From contig DAOTZM010000088.1 of the NCBI GenBank assembly GCA_034434035.1, positions 1-55,653 of the forward strand: a DNA stretch of 55,653 bases, written 5' to 3'. Source of the stretch: Anaerolineales bacterium (GTDB lineage Bacteria; Chloroflexota; Anaerolineae; Anaerolineales; Villigracilaceae). How positions within the stretch are numbered: the first letter of the stretch is position 1; every line of letters starts with the position of its first letter. Under the pieces are notes generated by a model, which saw only the letters and a list, made by a program, of their open reading frames with translations, ran no database searches and had not been told where the DNA came from. A program made the translations under genes and the position numbers. This document shows positions 44,321 to 54,239 of this stretch, in pieces.

Positions 44321-47300
44321 ATGATGAAAAATTTTCGTTCCCGCACCCTGTTCGACTTGTTGTTCGTGCTGGTATTGGTTGGCGCGGCGTATTTTCGGCT
44401 GATGGGTCTCAATTGGGACCAGAGCCAGCACCTGCACCCCGACGAGCGCTTCCTGACGATGGTCTCGACCGCGCTCAGGCCGGTGGAGAGTTTTTCAGAA
44501 TATTTCGACACCGCCAATTCGACTCTCAACCCGCACAACCGGGGCTACGGGTTCTATGTGTATGGCACGCTGCCGGTGTTCATCGTGCGCCACGCCGCCG
44601 AGTGGATGACGCAGGGGGCCGCGCAGGCAGCCAGGTATCTTTTCGAGAACGGCGAAGATGGATTTTTCGCCCCGCTGATGATCTGGCTGGCGGCGACGCC
44701 CAATTGGGCCGGGTACGATGAAATTACGTTGGTGGGGCGCGTCTTTGCGGCACTCTCCGATTTGGGTTCGATTGTATTGCTCTACCTGATTGCGGCGCGG
44801 TTGTACGGGCGCAAGGCGGCCCTGCTGGCGGCGGCGTTCTCCGCGCTGGCGGTGATGCAAATCCAACAGGCGCATTTTTACGTGGTGGATAGTTTTGCCA
44901 ATTTCTTCATCTTCCTGGCAACGTTCTTCGCAGTGGAAGTGATGACGGGGCGCGAGGATGCGCGATTTGAGTTCAATGTCTCGACGCTGCTCGACAACCG
45001 AGGCTGGAAATCGCTGGCGCGGATGGCGCTTTCTCCGCTGACGCTGAACGTTCTCGGCTTTGGGATTGCCCTGGGCGCGGCAGTGGCATCCAAACTGAAC
45101 GCGGCCCCGCTGGCCATCCTGCTGCCCGGGGCGCTGCTGGCCCGGTATTGGATGACAACGGACGCGACAACGGATGAAACGGAGAAGCGGAGTGTAAAAA
45201 CGGATTCAGAAACGGATGGCTGGCGCAATACGGATACACGGATAGAAGCAGCGGATGAAGCGGAAAAACGGGACGCGGAAGCGGATACGGCAGCAACCAA
45301 ATTTCGAATAACGAATATCGAATCTCGAATTACCAATCACCGCTTATCCATCGAAGCATCCCTCGTCCTGCTCATCCTTGGCGCATTTTTCTCGGTGCTG
45401 GCGTTTCGGGTGTTCCAGCCGTATGCCTTTAGCGGGCCGGGATTCTTTGGCATGACGCCCAACCCGCAGTGGGTGCAAAACATCAGCGACCAACGCAATC
45501 AGGCGAGCGGGGACGTTGATTTCCCGCCCGCCTTGCAGTGGGCGCGGCGGCCGGTTTGGTTTTCTGGCTACAACATCCTGGCCTGGGGCCTGGGCTGGCC
45601 GCTCGGCCTGCTGGCCGTGGCCGGGTTCCTGTACATGGGCTGGCGCATGTTAAAAGGCGAGTGGAAACCCCACATCCTGCTGTGGGGCTGGACGGCGTTC
45701 TACTTCGCCTGGCAATCGACGCAATGGAATCCCACCATGCGCTACCAATTGCCCATTTACCCGCTGCTGGCGATGTTTGCGGCCTGGTTCATCTTCAACG
45801 GCCCGCGACCGGCGAATTACCAATTACGAATGACGAATTTCGTCTCACGTTTCGCTTACCCCATCCTGGCCGTTGCAGTCCTGCTCGGCACGCTCGCCTG
45901 GACGTATGCCTACACCCGCATCTACACCCGCGAGCATTCCCGCGTGCAGGCCACCCGTTGGATTTTCCAAAACGTGCCTGGGCCGATTAACCTGAAAATC
46001 CAAAAAGACGACGGGACGGTCTACAACCAGCCACTCTCCATGCCTTATGGCTATGTGTTCGCGCCGGGCAATATTCCATATAACTTGCCGTTTATGGCTG
46101 CTGCTTCTGGCGAAATGAAAGAAATCGTCGTCGGTTACGCGGTCGATTTTACCCAGAATGGCGAGCAGACCCTTTCAGCGCGGCTCTCATCCGACTCCAC
46201 TTTTGCGCCAGAAACTATCCTGGCAACTGCCACGCTGACGGCAGACTTTGGGCCGCGCAACAACCCCAAGGGACAATCGTACACGCTGACCTTTGATACC
46301 CCCGTCACGCTCGATAAAAACCGCACCTACTACCTGTGGCTGGAATCCAGCACCCTGCTGTCTATAAGCGGCGCATCACCCATCCATGAGACCTCATGGG
46401 ATGACGGCCTGCCCCTGCGCATGGACGGCTACGACGCCTACGGCGGCATCTACCAGGGCGGCCTGAACTTCGAGATGTATTGGGACGATAACGACGAAAA
46501 ACTGGAACGCTTCATCGGCAGCCTCGACAGCGGAGATTACGTTTTCATCACGTCCAACCGCCAGTGGGCAACCACAACCCGCGTGCCGGAACGCTACCCG
46601 CTGACAACGGCCTTCTATCGCGCCCTGATTGGCTGCCCCGCTGAAAAGGATGTCATCTGGTGCTACAACGTCGCCGAAGCGGGCATGTTCCAGGGACAGT
46701 TGGGCTACGAACTGGTCGAAACCTTCACATCCTATCCTGAACTCTTCGGCTGCCAGTTTAATACCCAATTCGCCGAGGAAGCCTTCACCGTCTATGACGC
46801 GCCCAAAGTGCTGATTTTCAAGAAGACGGACGCCTACAACACCGCCGCCGTCCGCGCCATCCTGGAAACGGTGGATTTGTCGAAAGTGGTGCGCATCACC
46901 CCGCGCCAGGCGAGCAACTATCCCGGCGACCTGATGCTTCCCGCCGGACGGCTCTCGTGGCAGAGAGTCAGCGGGACATGGAGCGAGTTGTTTTCCTACG
47001 ATTGGCCGCAAAACGCCGCTCCGCTCCTGGGATTGCTGCTCTGGTATTTCGCCATCGGTGTTCTCGGCCTGTTCACCTGGCCCCTGCTGCGCCTGCTCCT
47101 GCCCGGCTTGAACGACAAAGGCTACCCGCTCTCGCGCCTGGCCGGACTGTTGTTCCTGGCCTGGTTCGCCTGGATGGTCGGCTCGCTCGGCGGGGAATAC
47201 AGCCGCGCGACGATTGCGGGGGGCTGCGGGTTGATTCTTCTGCTCGGGGCAGCCGCCTTCTGGAAGCAGCGAGACGCCATCGCCGCCGAGTGGCGCGGCA

Positions 47301-49438
47301 GCCGGCGTTACTTCCTGCTGGTCGAAGTCCTTTTCCTGGCCTTCTTCCTGGTTGATTTCGGCATCCGGCTCGGCAATCCCGATTTATGGCATCCGGGGCG
47401 CGGCGGCGAACGTCCGATGGACTTCTCCTACCTGAACGCCATCCTGAAAAGCACAGCCTTCCCGCCCTACGACCCCTGGTACGCGGGCGGCTATATCAAT
47501 TATTACTACTGGGGCTTCGTGCTGGTCGGCACGCCCATCAAACTGCTCGGAATCGTGCCATCCATTGCCTATAACTTCGTCCTACCTACGCTATTTGCCA
47601 TGCTCGGCCTGGGCGGGTTCTCGGTGGCCTGGAATCTGGTATCCGGCGTCAGGTATCAGGTGTCAGGAAACGACCCCGGCAATCCTTCAACATTCAACCT
47701 TCAACTCCTGGCCGGGCTGGCGGCAGGCGCCGGGCTGGTGCTGGTGGGCAACCTGGGAACCATCCGGCTTGTGTACCACGCCTTGCAAAAAATGATTGTT
47801 CCCAACGCCGTCATGGAGGACCCCTCGGTATCGGTCTTCCAGCACCTGGGCTGGGCTTTGCAAGGGCTGGGAAAAATCCTGACAGGCGAACCCTTGCCCA
47901 TCGGCTGGGGCGAGTGGTATTGGGCCCCCAGCCGCGTCATGCCGGTCGGCGACCTGGCGATTACCGAATTCCCGCTCTTTACGTTTATGTACAGCGACCT
48001 GCACGCCCACATGATCGCCCTGCCGTTAACCGCGCTGGTCATTGCCTGGGCGCTTTCCACGCTCCTGGCGCGCAACTTAAGCCGCTGGGGCTGGCTGGCG
48101 ACCCTGGCCTTTGGCGGGCTGGTCATCGGCGCGCTGCGTCCCACCAACACCTGGGATTTCCCAACCTACCTGGCGCTCGGCGCGCTCGTGGCGGGTTATT
48201 CCGCCTTTCGTTATGTGGAGATTGGGGACGCGCCCCGCTTCGGGCTTTCCCCGCTCATCCAGCGCGTCATCCTGGCCCTGGGCGTGATGACACTCCTGAC
48301 TTTATTCGCGCTCCTGTTCTACCAGCCCTTTGCCCGCTGGTACGGCCTCGGCTACTCGAGCGCCGACCTGTGGAAAAACGAGAAGACGCCCATCTGGTCG
48401 TATCTCACCCACTGGGGCTTGTTCCTGTTCGTCATCGTCTCGTGGATGACCTGGGAAACCCGCCAGTGGATGGCGCAGACGCCCATCTCGGCGCTGGCAA
48501 AGCTCAAGCCCTACACCATCCTGCTCGAAATCGCCCTGGCCCTGCTGGCAGCGCTCACCCTGCTGCTGCAATTCATCCTGGATGTGCGGGTCGCCTGGCT
48601 GGCCTTCCCGCTGGCAGCCTGGGCTTTGCTGCTCATGCTGCGCCCCGGCCAACCCGATTCCAAACGGATGGTCTTGTTCATGGTCGGCACCGGGCTGGTC
48701 CTGACACTGGTGGTCGAATTCATCGTCCTGGTCGGCGATATTGGCCGCATGAACACCGTCTTCAAGTTTTACCTGCAAGTATGGGTACTCTTTGCCGTTA
48801 GCGCGGCGGCGGGCTTCGGCTGGCTGCTGGAGGAATTCGACCAGTGGAGCGACAACTGGCGCAACGCCTGGTACACCGCCGCCACCCTGCTGTTTGCCGG
48901 GGCCTTGCTGTACCTCTTCACCGGCAGCATGGACAAAATCCGCGACCGGATGAGCGCCGAAACGCCCTTCACCTTCGACAGCATGGAATACATGCGCACT
49001 TCGACCTACTGGGACCAGCAAGAGATGACCCTGGCCGAAGACTATGACGCCATCCGCTGGATGCAGGAGAACATCGAAGGCACGCCGGTCATCGTGGAAG
49101 CCAACACCCCCGAATACCGCTGGGGAACGCGCTACACCATCTACACCGGCCTGCCGGGCGTCGTCGGCTGGAACTGGCACCAGCGCCAGCAGCGCGCGCT
49201 CTTCCCGTCCAACTGGGTTACAGACCGGGTGGAGGCCGTGCGATTCTTCTACGATACATCCAGCGGCGAATATGCCCGCGAGTTCCTGTCGAAATACAAC
49301 GTCGAGTACATCATCGTTGGGCAACTGGAACGCATCTATCACCCTGAAGGCATCGAAAAATTCGAGCGCTACAACGGGAGTTTGTGGAACAAAGTCTACG
49401 AAAATGGGCAAACCGCCATCTACGAGGTGATTCGGTGA
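44321..49438 (+). CDS. giant membrane protein with a DUF2298 / Chlor_Arch_YYY domain
   Basis: 1705 aa. N-terminal HLHPDERF motif, YINYYYWGF (YYY motif), dozens of TM helices. Confidence 0.75.
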   Translation: MMKNFRSRTLFDLLFVLVLVGAAYFRLMGLNWDQSQHLHPDERFLTMVSTALRPVESFSEYFDTANSTLNPHNRGYGFYVYGTLPVFIVRHAAEWMTQGAAQAARYLFENGEDGFFAPLMIWLAATPNWAGYDEITLVGRVFAALSDLGSIVLLYLIAARLYGRKAALLAAAFSALAVMQIQQAHFYVVDSFANFFIFLATFFAVEVMTGREDARFEFNVSTLLDNRGWKSLARMALSPLTLNVLGFGIALGAAVASKLNAAPLAILLPGALLARYWMTTDATTDETEKRSVKTDSETDGWRNTDTRIEAADEAEKRDAEADTAATKFRITNIESRITNHRLSIEASLVLLILGAFFSVLAFRVFQPYAFSGPGFFGMTPNPQWVQNISDQRNQASGDVDFPPALQWARRPVWFSGYNILAWGLGWPLGLLAVAGFLYMGWRMLKGEWKPHILLWGWTAFYFAWQSTQWNPTMRYQLPIYPLLAMFAAWFIFNGPRPANYQLRMTNFVSRFAYPILAVAVLLGTLAWTYAYTRIYTREHSRVQATRWIFQNVPGPINLKIQKDDGTVYNQPLSMPYGYVFAPGNIPYNLPFMAAASGEMKEIVVGYAVDFTQNGEQTLSARLSSDSTFAPETILATATLTADFGPRNNPKGQSYTLTFDTPVTLDKNRTYYLWLESSTLLSISGASPIHETSWDDGLPLRMDGYDAYGGIYQGGLNFEMYWDDNDEKLERFIGSLDSGDYVFITSNRQWATTTRVPERYPLTTAFYRALIGCPAEKDVIWCYNVAEAGMFQGQLGYELVETFTSYPELFGCQFNTQFAEEAFTVYDAPKVLIFKKTDAYNTAAVRAILETVDLSKVVRITPRQASNYPGDLMLPAGRLSWQRVSGTWSELFSYDWPQNAAPLLGLLLWYFAIGVLGLFTWPLLRLLLPGLNDKGYPLSRLAGLLFLAWFAWMVGSLGGEYSRATIAGGCGLILLLGAAAFWKQRDAIAAEWRGSRRYFLLVEVLFLAFFLVDFGIRLGNPDLWHPGRGGERPMDFSYLNAILKSTAFPPYDPWYAGGYINYYYWGFVLVGTPIKLLGIVPSIAYNFVLPTLFAMLGLGGFSVAWNLVSGVRYQVSGNDPGNPSTFNLQLLAGLAAGAGLVLVGNLGTIRLVYHALQKMIVPNAVMEDPSVSVFQHLGWALQGLGKILTGEPLPIGWGEWYWAPSRVMPVGDLAITEFPLFTFMYSDLHAHMIALPLTALVIAWALSTLLARNLSRWGWLATLAFGGLVIGALRPTNTWDFPTYLALGALVAGYSAFRYVEIGDAPRFGLSPLIQRVILALGVMTLLTLFALLFYQPFARWYGLGYSSADLWKNEKTPIWSYLTHWGLFLFVIVSWMTWETRQWMAQTPISALAKLKPYTILLEIALALLAALTLLLQFILDVRVAWLAFPLAAWALLLMLRPGQPDSKRMVLFMVGTGLVLTLVVEFIVLVGDIGRMNTVFKFYLQVWVLFAVSAAAGFGWLLEEFDQWSDNWRNAWYTAATLLFAGALLYLFTGSMDKIRDRMSAETPFTFDSMEYMRTSTYWDQQEMTLAEDYDAIRWMQENIEGTPVIVEANTPEYRWGTRYTIYTGLPGVVGWNWHQRQQRALFPSNWVTDRVEAVRFFYDTSSGEYAREFLSKYNVEYIIVGQLERIYHPEGIEKFERYNGSLWNKVYENGQTAIYEVIR

Positions 49439-49794
49439 GCCAGATTTACCACATCACCACCCGCGACGCCGCGCTGGCAGCCCGCCAAACCGGGTTGTAT
49501 CGCTCTGAAAGCCTGCAAACCGAGGGCTTCATCCACTTCTCACAGCGTCACCAGGTTTTGGACGTGGCAAACGCCTTTTATCGCGGACAGGCCAACCTGG
49601 TCATTCTCGTCGTCGAGCCGTCCCGCCTGAAAGCGGAACTGCGTTACGAAGCGCCGGCCCACCCCTCGGTTTCCCCATCCGCCCCAGGCCCGGAGAATCA
49701 ATTCCCTCATCTCTACGGCCCTTTAAACATGGACGCCGTCCTCGAAGTGGTTGATTTTCCCCCCGGCGCGGACGGCCTCTTCAGCCTGCCCTGA
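49435..49794 (+). CDS. DUF952-family protein
   Basis: IYHITTRD...GFIHFS...FPHLYGPL motifs. GTG start overlaps the upstream stop (GTGA). Confidence 0.75.
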   Translation: MSQIYHITTRDAALAARQTGLYRSESLQTEGFIHFSQRHQVLDVANAFYRGQANLVILVVEPSRLKAELRYEAPAHPSVSPSAPGPENQFPHLYGPLNMDAVLEVVDFPPGADGLFSLP

Positions 49795-49886
49795 ACGTTC
49801 TGGTTTTCCAGTTTCCTGGTTGTCCGGTTCTCCGGTTTTCCAGCGTTCGAGCATTTCGACATCCGAATAACGACGATCGAGCATCT

Positions 49887-52403
49887 ATGTTCTCCTTCTT
49901 CCTCTGGTATCTCACCCTCTCCCTGCTCGGCCTGCTGACCTTCCCGCTGGCCTGGCGGCTCTTCCCGGCCCTGGCCGACCGGGGCTATAGTTTCAGCCGC
50001 GCGCTCGGCTTGCTCTTGTGGGCTTTCATCTTCTGGCTGGCGGTTTCCTTCGGCCTGATTCGGAACGACAGCGGCGGGATTCTGCTGGCATTGGTGGTGC
50101 TGGCCGGGGTTTCGGCGTGGGCAATAGGAAAGATGAAAGATGACATAGCAAGAGATGAAAGAGAAGAAGGTCAACCAACATCTTTCATCTTCCATCTTTT
50201 ACCCTTGAAATCCTGGTTCAAAGCCAACCGCGCCCTGGTCATCACGATCGAAGTCCTGTTCCTGGCTGCCTTTGCCTTCATGGCTTTTGTGCGCGCCAAC
50301 AACCCCGAAAACATCGGCACCGAAAAGCCGATGGAACTGGCCTTCATCAACGCCATCCTGCGCTCGCCGACCTTCCCGCCGCACGACCCCTGGCTTTCAG
50401 GGTATGCCATTTCGTATTACTACTTCGGCTATATCATGGCTGCCATGCTGGCAAAATTCACGCTCACCAGCGGGAGCGTGGCCTTCAACCTGATGCTCGC
50501 CCTGGTCTTTGCCTTGAGCGCGCTGGGCGCATTCGGCCTGCTCTACAACCTGCTGGCCGCTTACTGGAAAAAGTCCGCGCCCGAAAAGCCGCTTCTGGCG
50601 CTCGCCTCGCTGCTGGGGCCGTTCTCCCTGCTCATCCTCAGCAACGCGCAGGGATTTCTCGAATTCCTGCACGCGCGCGGAATCGGCTGGACGGGTCAGC
50701 CCGGCGACTCGAACCTGTGGACAACGCTCGGCGGGCTGGCGCGGCCCAATCTCTGGGCCTACAACTTCTGGACCTGGCTCGACATCAAGGACCTGCGCGA
50801 AATCCCGTCCCTGACCGGCGAACCGCGCTTCTGGTTCTGGTGGCGCGCCTCGCGCGTGGTGCAAGATTACGACCTGATGGGCAACTTCGTCGAGGTCATC
50901 GACGAATTCCCCTTCTTCTCCTACCTGCTCGGCGACCTGCACCCGCACGTTCTGGCGATGCCCTTTGGCCTGCTGGCGGCGGGGCTGGCGCTCAACCTGT
51001 TCCTGGGCGGCTGGCAGGGAGAAGTCAACCTGAAATGGTTCAAACTACCCATCCGCGCCGAGGGATTCATCACCCTGGCGATTGTGCTGGGCGGGCTGGC
51101 CTTCCTCAACACCTGGGATTTTCCCATCTACCTGGCGGTTGCGGCGGGGGCCTTGGTTCTGTCCCTGGCGCAGGAACGCGGCTGGGGCTGGGACCTGCTC
51201 GAAGACTTTCTGAAATTCTCCATCCCGCTGGGGATTCTGAGCATCGCGCTGTACCTGCCCTTTTACGTGACCTTCTCCTCGCAGGCGGGCGGCATCCTGC
51301 CCAATGTCATCTTCCCGACGCGCGGGGCGCACCTGTGGGTCATGTTCGGGACGCTGTTCACGCCGCTCTTCCTGTTCCTGGTTCACACTGCCAAAAGCCG
51401 CGCCGCCAACTGGAAAACCGGTTTCTTGCTGACGGTTGGATTGGCAGCCCTGCTCGCGCTGTTCTCGCTGGGAATCACAGTGATTGCGGCGCAAACCGAC
51501 GCCGGGCGGGTGCTTATCAGTTCACAGGGTGTCAGTTCTCTCGGCAATGTGCTGGGCGAGGCCTTCGCGCGGCGATTGGCTTTTAGCGGCGGCCTGCTGA
51601 CGCTGGTGCTGCTCATCGGGGCGGCGATTGCTCATTTAGCGGTCAGGCAGGAGCCAGCCGAGTCTGAACCAGAGCGCAACCCGCTCCCGTTTGTGTGGAT
51701 GTTCATCCTGTTCGGCGGCCTGCTCGTCCTCGCCCCCGAATTCGTCTACCTGCGCGACCAGTTCGGGACGCGCATGAATACCATCTTCAAATTTTATTAC
51801 CAGGCCTGGGCGCTGTGGTCGATTGCGGCAGCCTTTGGCGCGGTGGTACTACTGCGCGAAGCGCGCGGCCTGCGGCTGGCCGTCGGCGGCGTCATCCTGG
51901 CAGTGACGCTAATGGTGGGTTTGGCCTATCCCATCCTGTCGCTGCCCAACAAGACGAACAAATTCAATGTCAACAATCCAGACGCGCGCACCCTCGACAG
52001 TGCAGCCTACCTGATGAATTATCATCCCGATGACTATATGGCGATTCAGTACCTGCAAACCCTGCCGCTGGGCGTGGTGGCCGAGGCGGTCGGCGGCAGT
52101 TACAGCGAGTTCGCGCGGGTTGCCACCCACACCGGCCACCCCAACGTGTTGAACTGGCCGGGACACGAAGGACAGTGGCGCGGCGGGTACAAGGAACAAG
52201 GCACGCGCGGAGACGACATTGCGGCCCTCTACCAGGCAACCGACTGGGAAACCGCGCGCGCCATCATCGAACAATACAATATCCGCTACGTTTACATTGG
52301 CCCGCTGGAACGCGGCGCATATATGATTTACGAAGATAAATTCGCCATCTTCCTGCGCGAAATCTACCGCCAGGGGCAGGTGGTGATTTATGAAGTGCCG
52401 TAG
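49887..52403 (+). CDS. membrane protein with a DUF2298 / Chlor_Arch_YYY domain
   Basis: 838 aa. AISYYYFGY (YYY motif), HPHVLAMPF, many TM helices. Paralogous to the C-terminal half of 44321-49438. Confidence 0.75.
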   Translation: MFSFFLWYLTLSLLGLLTFPLAWRLFPALADRGYSFSRALGLLLWAFIFWLAVSFGLIRNDSGGILLALVVLAGVSAWAIGKMKDDIARDEREEGQPTSFIFHLLPLKSWFKANRALVITIEVLFLAAFAFMAFVRANNPENIGTEKPMELAFINAILRSPTFPPHDPWLSGYAISYYYFGYIMAAMLAKFTLTSGSVAFNLMLALVFALSALGAFGLLYNLLAAYWKKSAPEKPLLALASLLGPFSLLILSNAQGFLEFLHARGIGWTGQPGDSNLWTTLGGLARPNLWAYNFWTWLDIKDLREIPSLTGEPRFWFWWRASRVVQDYDLMGNFVEVIDEFPFFSYLLGDLHPHVLAMPFGLLAAGLALNLFLGGWQGEVNLKWFKLPIRAEGFITLAIVLGGLAFLNTWDFPIYLAVAAGALVLSLAQERGWGWDLLEDFLKFSIPLGILSIALYLPFYVTFSSQAGGILPNVIFPTRGAHLWVMFGTLFTPLFLFLVHTAKSRAANWKTGFLLTVGLAALLALFSLGITVIAAQTDAGRVLISSQGVSSLGNVLGEAFARRLAFSGGLLTLVLLIGAAIAHLAVRQEPAESEPERNPLPFVWMFILFGGLLVLAPEFVYLRDQFGTRMNTIFKFYYQAWALWSIAAAFGAVVLLREARGLRLAVGGVILAVTLMVGLAYPILSLPNKTNKFNVNNPDARTLDSAAYLMNYHPDDYMAIQYLQTLPLGVVAEAVGGSYSEFARVATHTGHPNVLNWPGHEGQWRGGYKEQGTRGDDIAALYQATDWETARAIIEQYNIRYVYIGPLERGAYMIYEDKFAIFLREIYRQGQVVIYEVP

Positions 52404-52447
52404 GGCCAGTATCCAGTATCGCACATCAAAGGTAAAATCAGATTCTC

Positions 52448-54190
52448 ATGGAAAATTCCACCCGTTCCCGTGATTGGCAATTTTGGCTCTACGCTCTGGC
52501 CTTCGCGCTGGCGCTGACCCTGCGCCTGCTGCGCCTGGATGCCTGGCCTCTGACCGATGAAGAAGCCCGCTGGGCCATGCAATCCTTCGACCTTGCAAAG
52601 GGTCTGCGCCCGGAAATTGGCCCGCAGCCCGGCTATGTCTTGTTGACCTCGCTCGCTTTTTTCGTCTTTCAGGCCGGTGAATTCACGGCGCGGCTCGTCC
52701 CTGCCCTGTTTGGCGCGGCGCTCGTGCTGGCCCCCTATTTCTTCCGCGACCGGCTGGGCGAGAAAGCCGCCCTCGCGCTGGCCTTCCTGCTAGCCTTCGA
52801 CCCCGGTTTCCTGGCGATGTCGAAACTGGCGGGCAGCCCCATCCTCGCTGTTGGCGCGCTGGTTCTGGCCTGGGGCGCATGGAGAAATGGAAAAACCCGC
52901 GCCGCCGGGATGCTGGCCGGCCTGTCCCTGCTGGGCGGGCCGCAGTTGTGGCCGGGACTGATTGGCCTGGCCGTTGCGTGGGGGGTATCCACCCGCATCG
53001 TCCCCAACCTGGCAATCATCCGGTTCGAGCGCGGCGAACTCTCCCGCGCCCTGATTTACGCCGCCGGGACCTTCCTGGTAGTTGGCAGCCTGTTCCTGTT
53101 TGCGCCGGGCGGCCTGGGCGCGGGGTGGCAGTCGTTGGCGGCTTATTTCGGCAGTTGGGTTGACTTTGAAAGCGCCGCCTTGCCCTATTTTGGAGACTTC
53201 GTGCCTGCCCGGCGTCTGCTGATTGCGCTCCTCGTCTATCAATTCCCGGCGCTCCTCCTGGCCGCCGTCTCGCTGGTTCGCGGCATCATTGACCGTGACG
53301 ACCAGACAATCGCCTTGGGAGTATGGCTGCTTGTTGCGCTGGTACTGGCGCTGGCCAACCCCGGGCGGCAGGTGTTCGACCTGGCCTGGGCGCTGCTCCC
53401 GCTGTGGACATTGGCCGCGCTCGAAGTAGCCCGGCATCTCAACCCCATCCAGGGTGAAACCTGGGAAACGCTCGGCATGATGGCCTTCACCATCCTCCTC
53501 CTCGTGTTTGCAGGCCTGAATTTCACCGGCCTTTCCCTCAACACATTTGCTCCCGAACAAGCGCAACCGCGCTTGCTGCTGCTAGGCATATCGCTGATTT
53601 TGCTGGCCTTGAGCATCTTCCTCGTGGCCTATGGCTGGTCAGTCTCCGTCGCTGCGCAGGGCAGCGTGTGGGGCGGGTTGGTCATCCTGCTCGTCTGGAA
53701 TTTAGCCACTGCTATGGCCGCGGGCGGACTGCGCATCTACCAGACCGCCGAAATGTGGCCGCCGGGTCTGCCCGCCCGCTATTCCGGCTATCTTGCCACG
53801 CAACTGCGCGAAATCGAACGTTGGAAACTGCAGCCAGCCCAGCCGCTGACCATTACCGTCTCCGGCATCGACTCCCCTGCCCTGCGCTGGACGCTGCGTG
53901 ACTGGAGCGTCACCTACACCAACGCTGTTGCGCTGACCGAAAACCCGGAAGTGCTGATTGTACCGGCAGCCACCGACCCCGCTGGGGAGCGCGGGGCAAG
54001 CAGCCCCGAACTCCAGGCCAGCTACCGTGGTCAGGATTTCATCTGGCGCGCCCAGGCTTACTGGGATGAATTCCAAGCCGCCGACTGGCTGCGATGGATA
54101 TTCCATCACCAGGCTACCGAAGGACAGGAAGCGTTTATCCTGTGGGTGCGAGGCGACTTGTTCATTGACTCGCAAAACCAGATTCCGTAA
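52448..54190 (+). CDS. polytopic membrane protein, GT-C-like (TIGR03663-like family that accompanies Chlor_Arch_YYY genes)
   Basis: 580 aa. N-terminal LRLLRLDAWPLTDEEA and about 12 TM segments. Confidence 0.55.
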   Translation: MENSTRSRDWQFWLYALAFALALTLRLLRLDAWPLTDEEARWAMQSFDLAKGLRPEIGPQPGYVLLTSLAFFVFQAGEFTARLVPALFGAALVLAPYFFRDRLGEKAALALAFLLAFDPGFLAMSKLAGSPILAVGALVLAWGAWRNGKTRAAGMLAGLSLLGGPQLWPGLIGLAVAWGVSTRIVPNLAIIRFERGELSRALIYAAGTFLVVGSLFLFAPGGLGAGWQSLAAYFGSWVDFESAALPYFGDFVPARRLLIALLVYQFPALLLAAVSLVRGIIDRDDQTIALGVWLLVALVLALANPGRQVFDLAWALLPLWTLAALEVARHLNPIQGETWETLGMMAFTILLLVFAGLNFTGLSLNTFAPEQAQPRLLLLGISLILLALSIFLVAYGWSVSVAAQGSVWGGLVILLVWNLATAMAAGGLRIYQTAEMWPPGLPARYSGYLATQLREIERWKLQPAQPLTITVSGIDSPALRWTLRDWSVTYTNAVALTENPEVLIVPAATDPAGERGASSPELQASYRGQDFIWRAQAYWDEFQAADWLRWIFHHQATEGQEAFILWVRGDLFIDSQNQIP

Positions 54191-54207
54191 CGCGGAATTT
54201 ATTCCGC
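54186..54207 (+). repeat. palindromic 22-mer, copy 3 (one mismatch; contains the stop codon of the 52448 gene)
   Basis: CGTAACGCGGAATTTATTCCGC. Flanks (TCCGTAA..., ...CCATAAT) are also shared with copy 1. Confidence 0.9.
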
Positions 54208-54239
54208 AGCCATAATTCCCTGAAAGGTTGCATTTTTCC

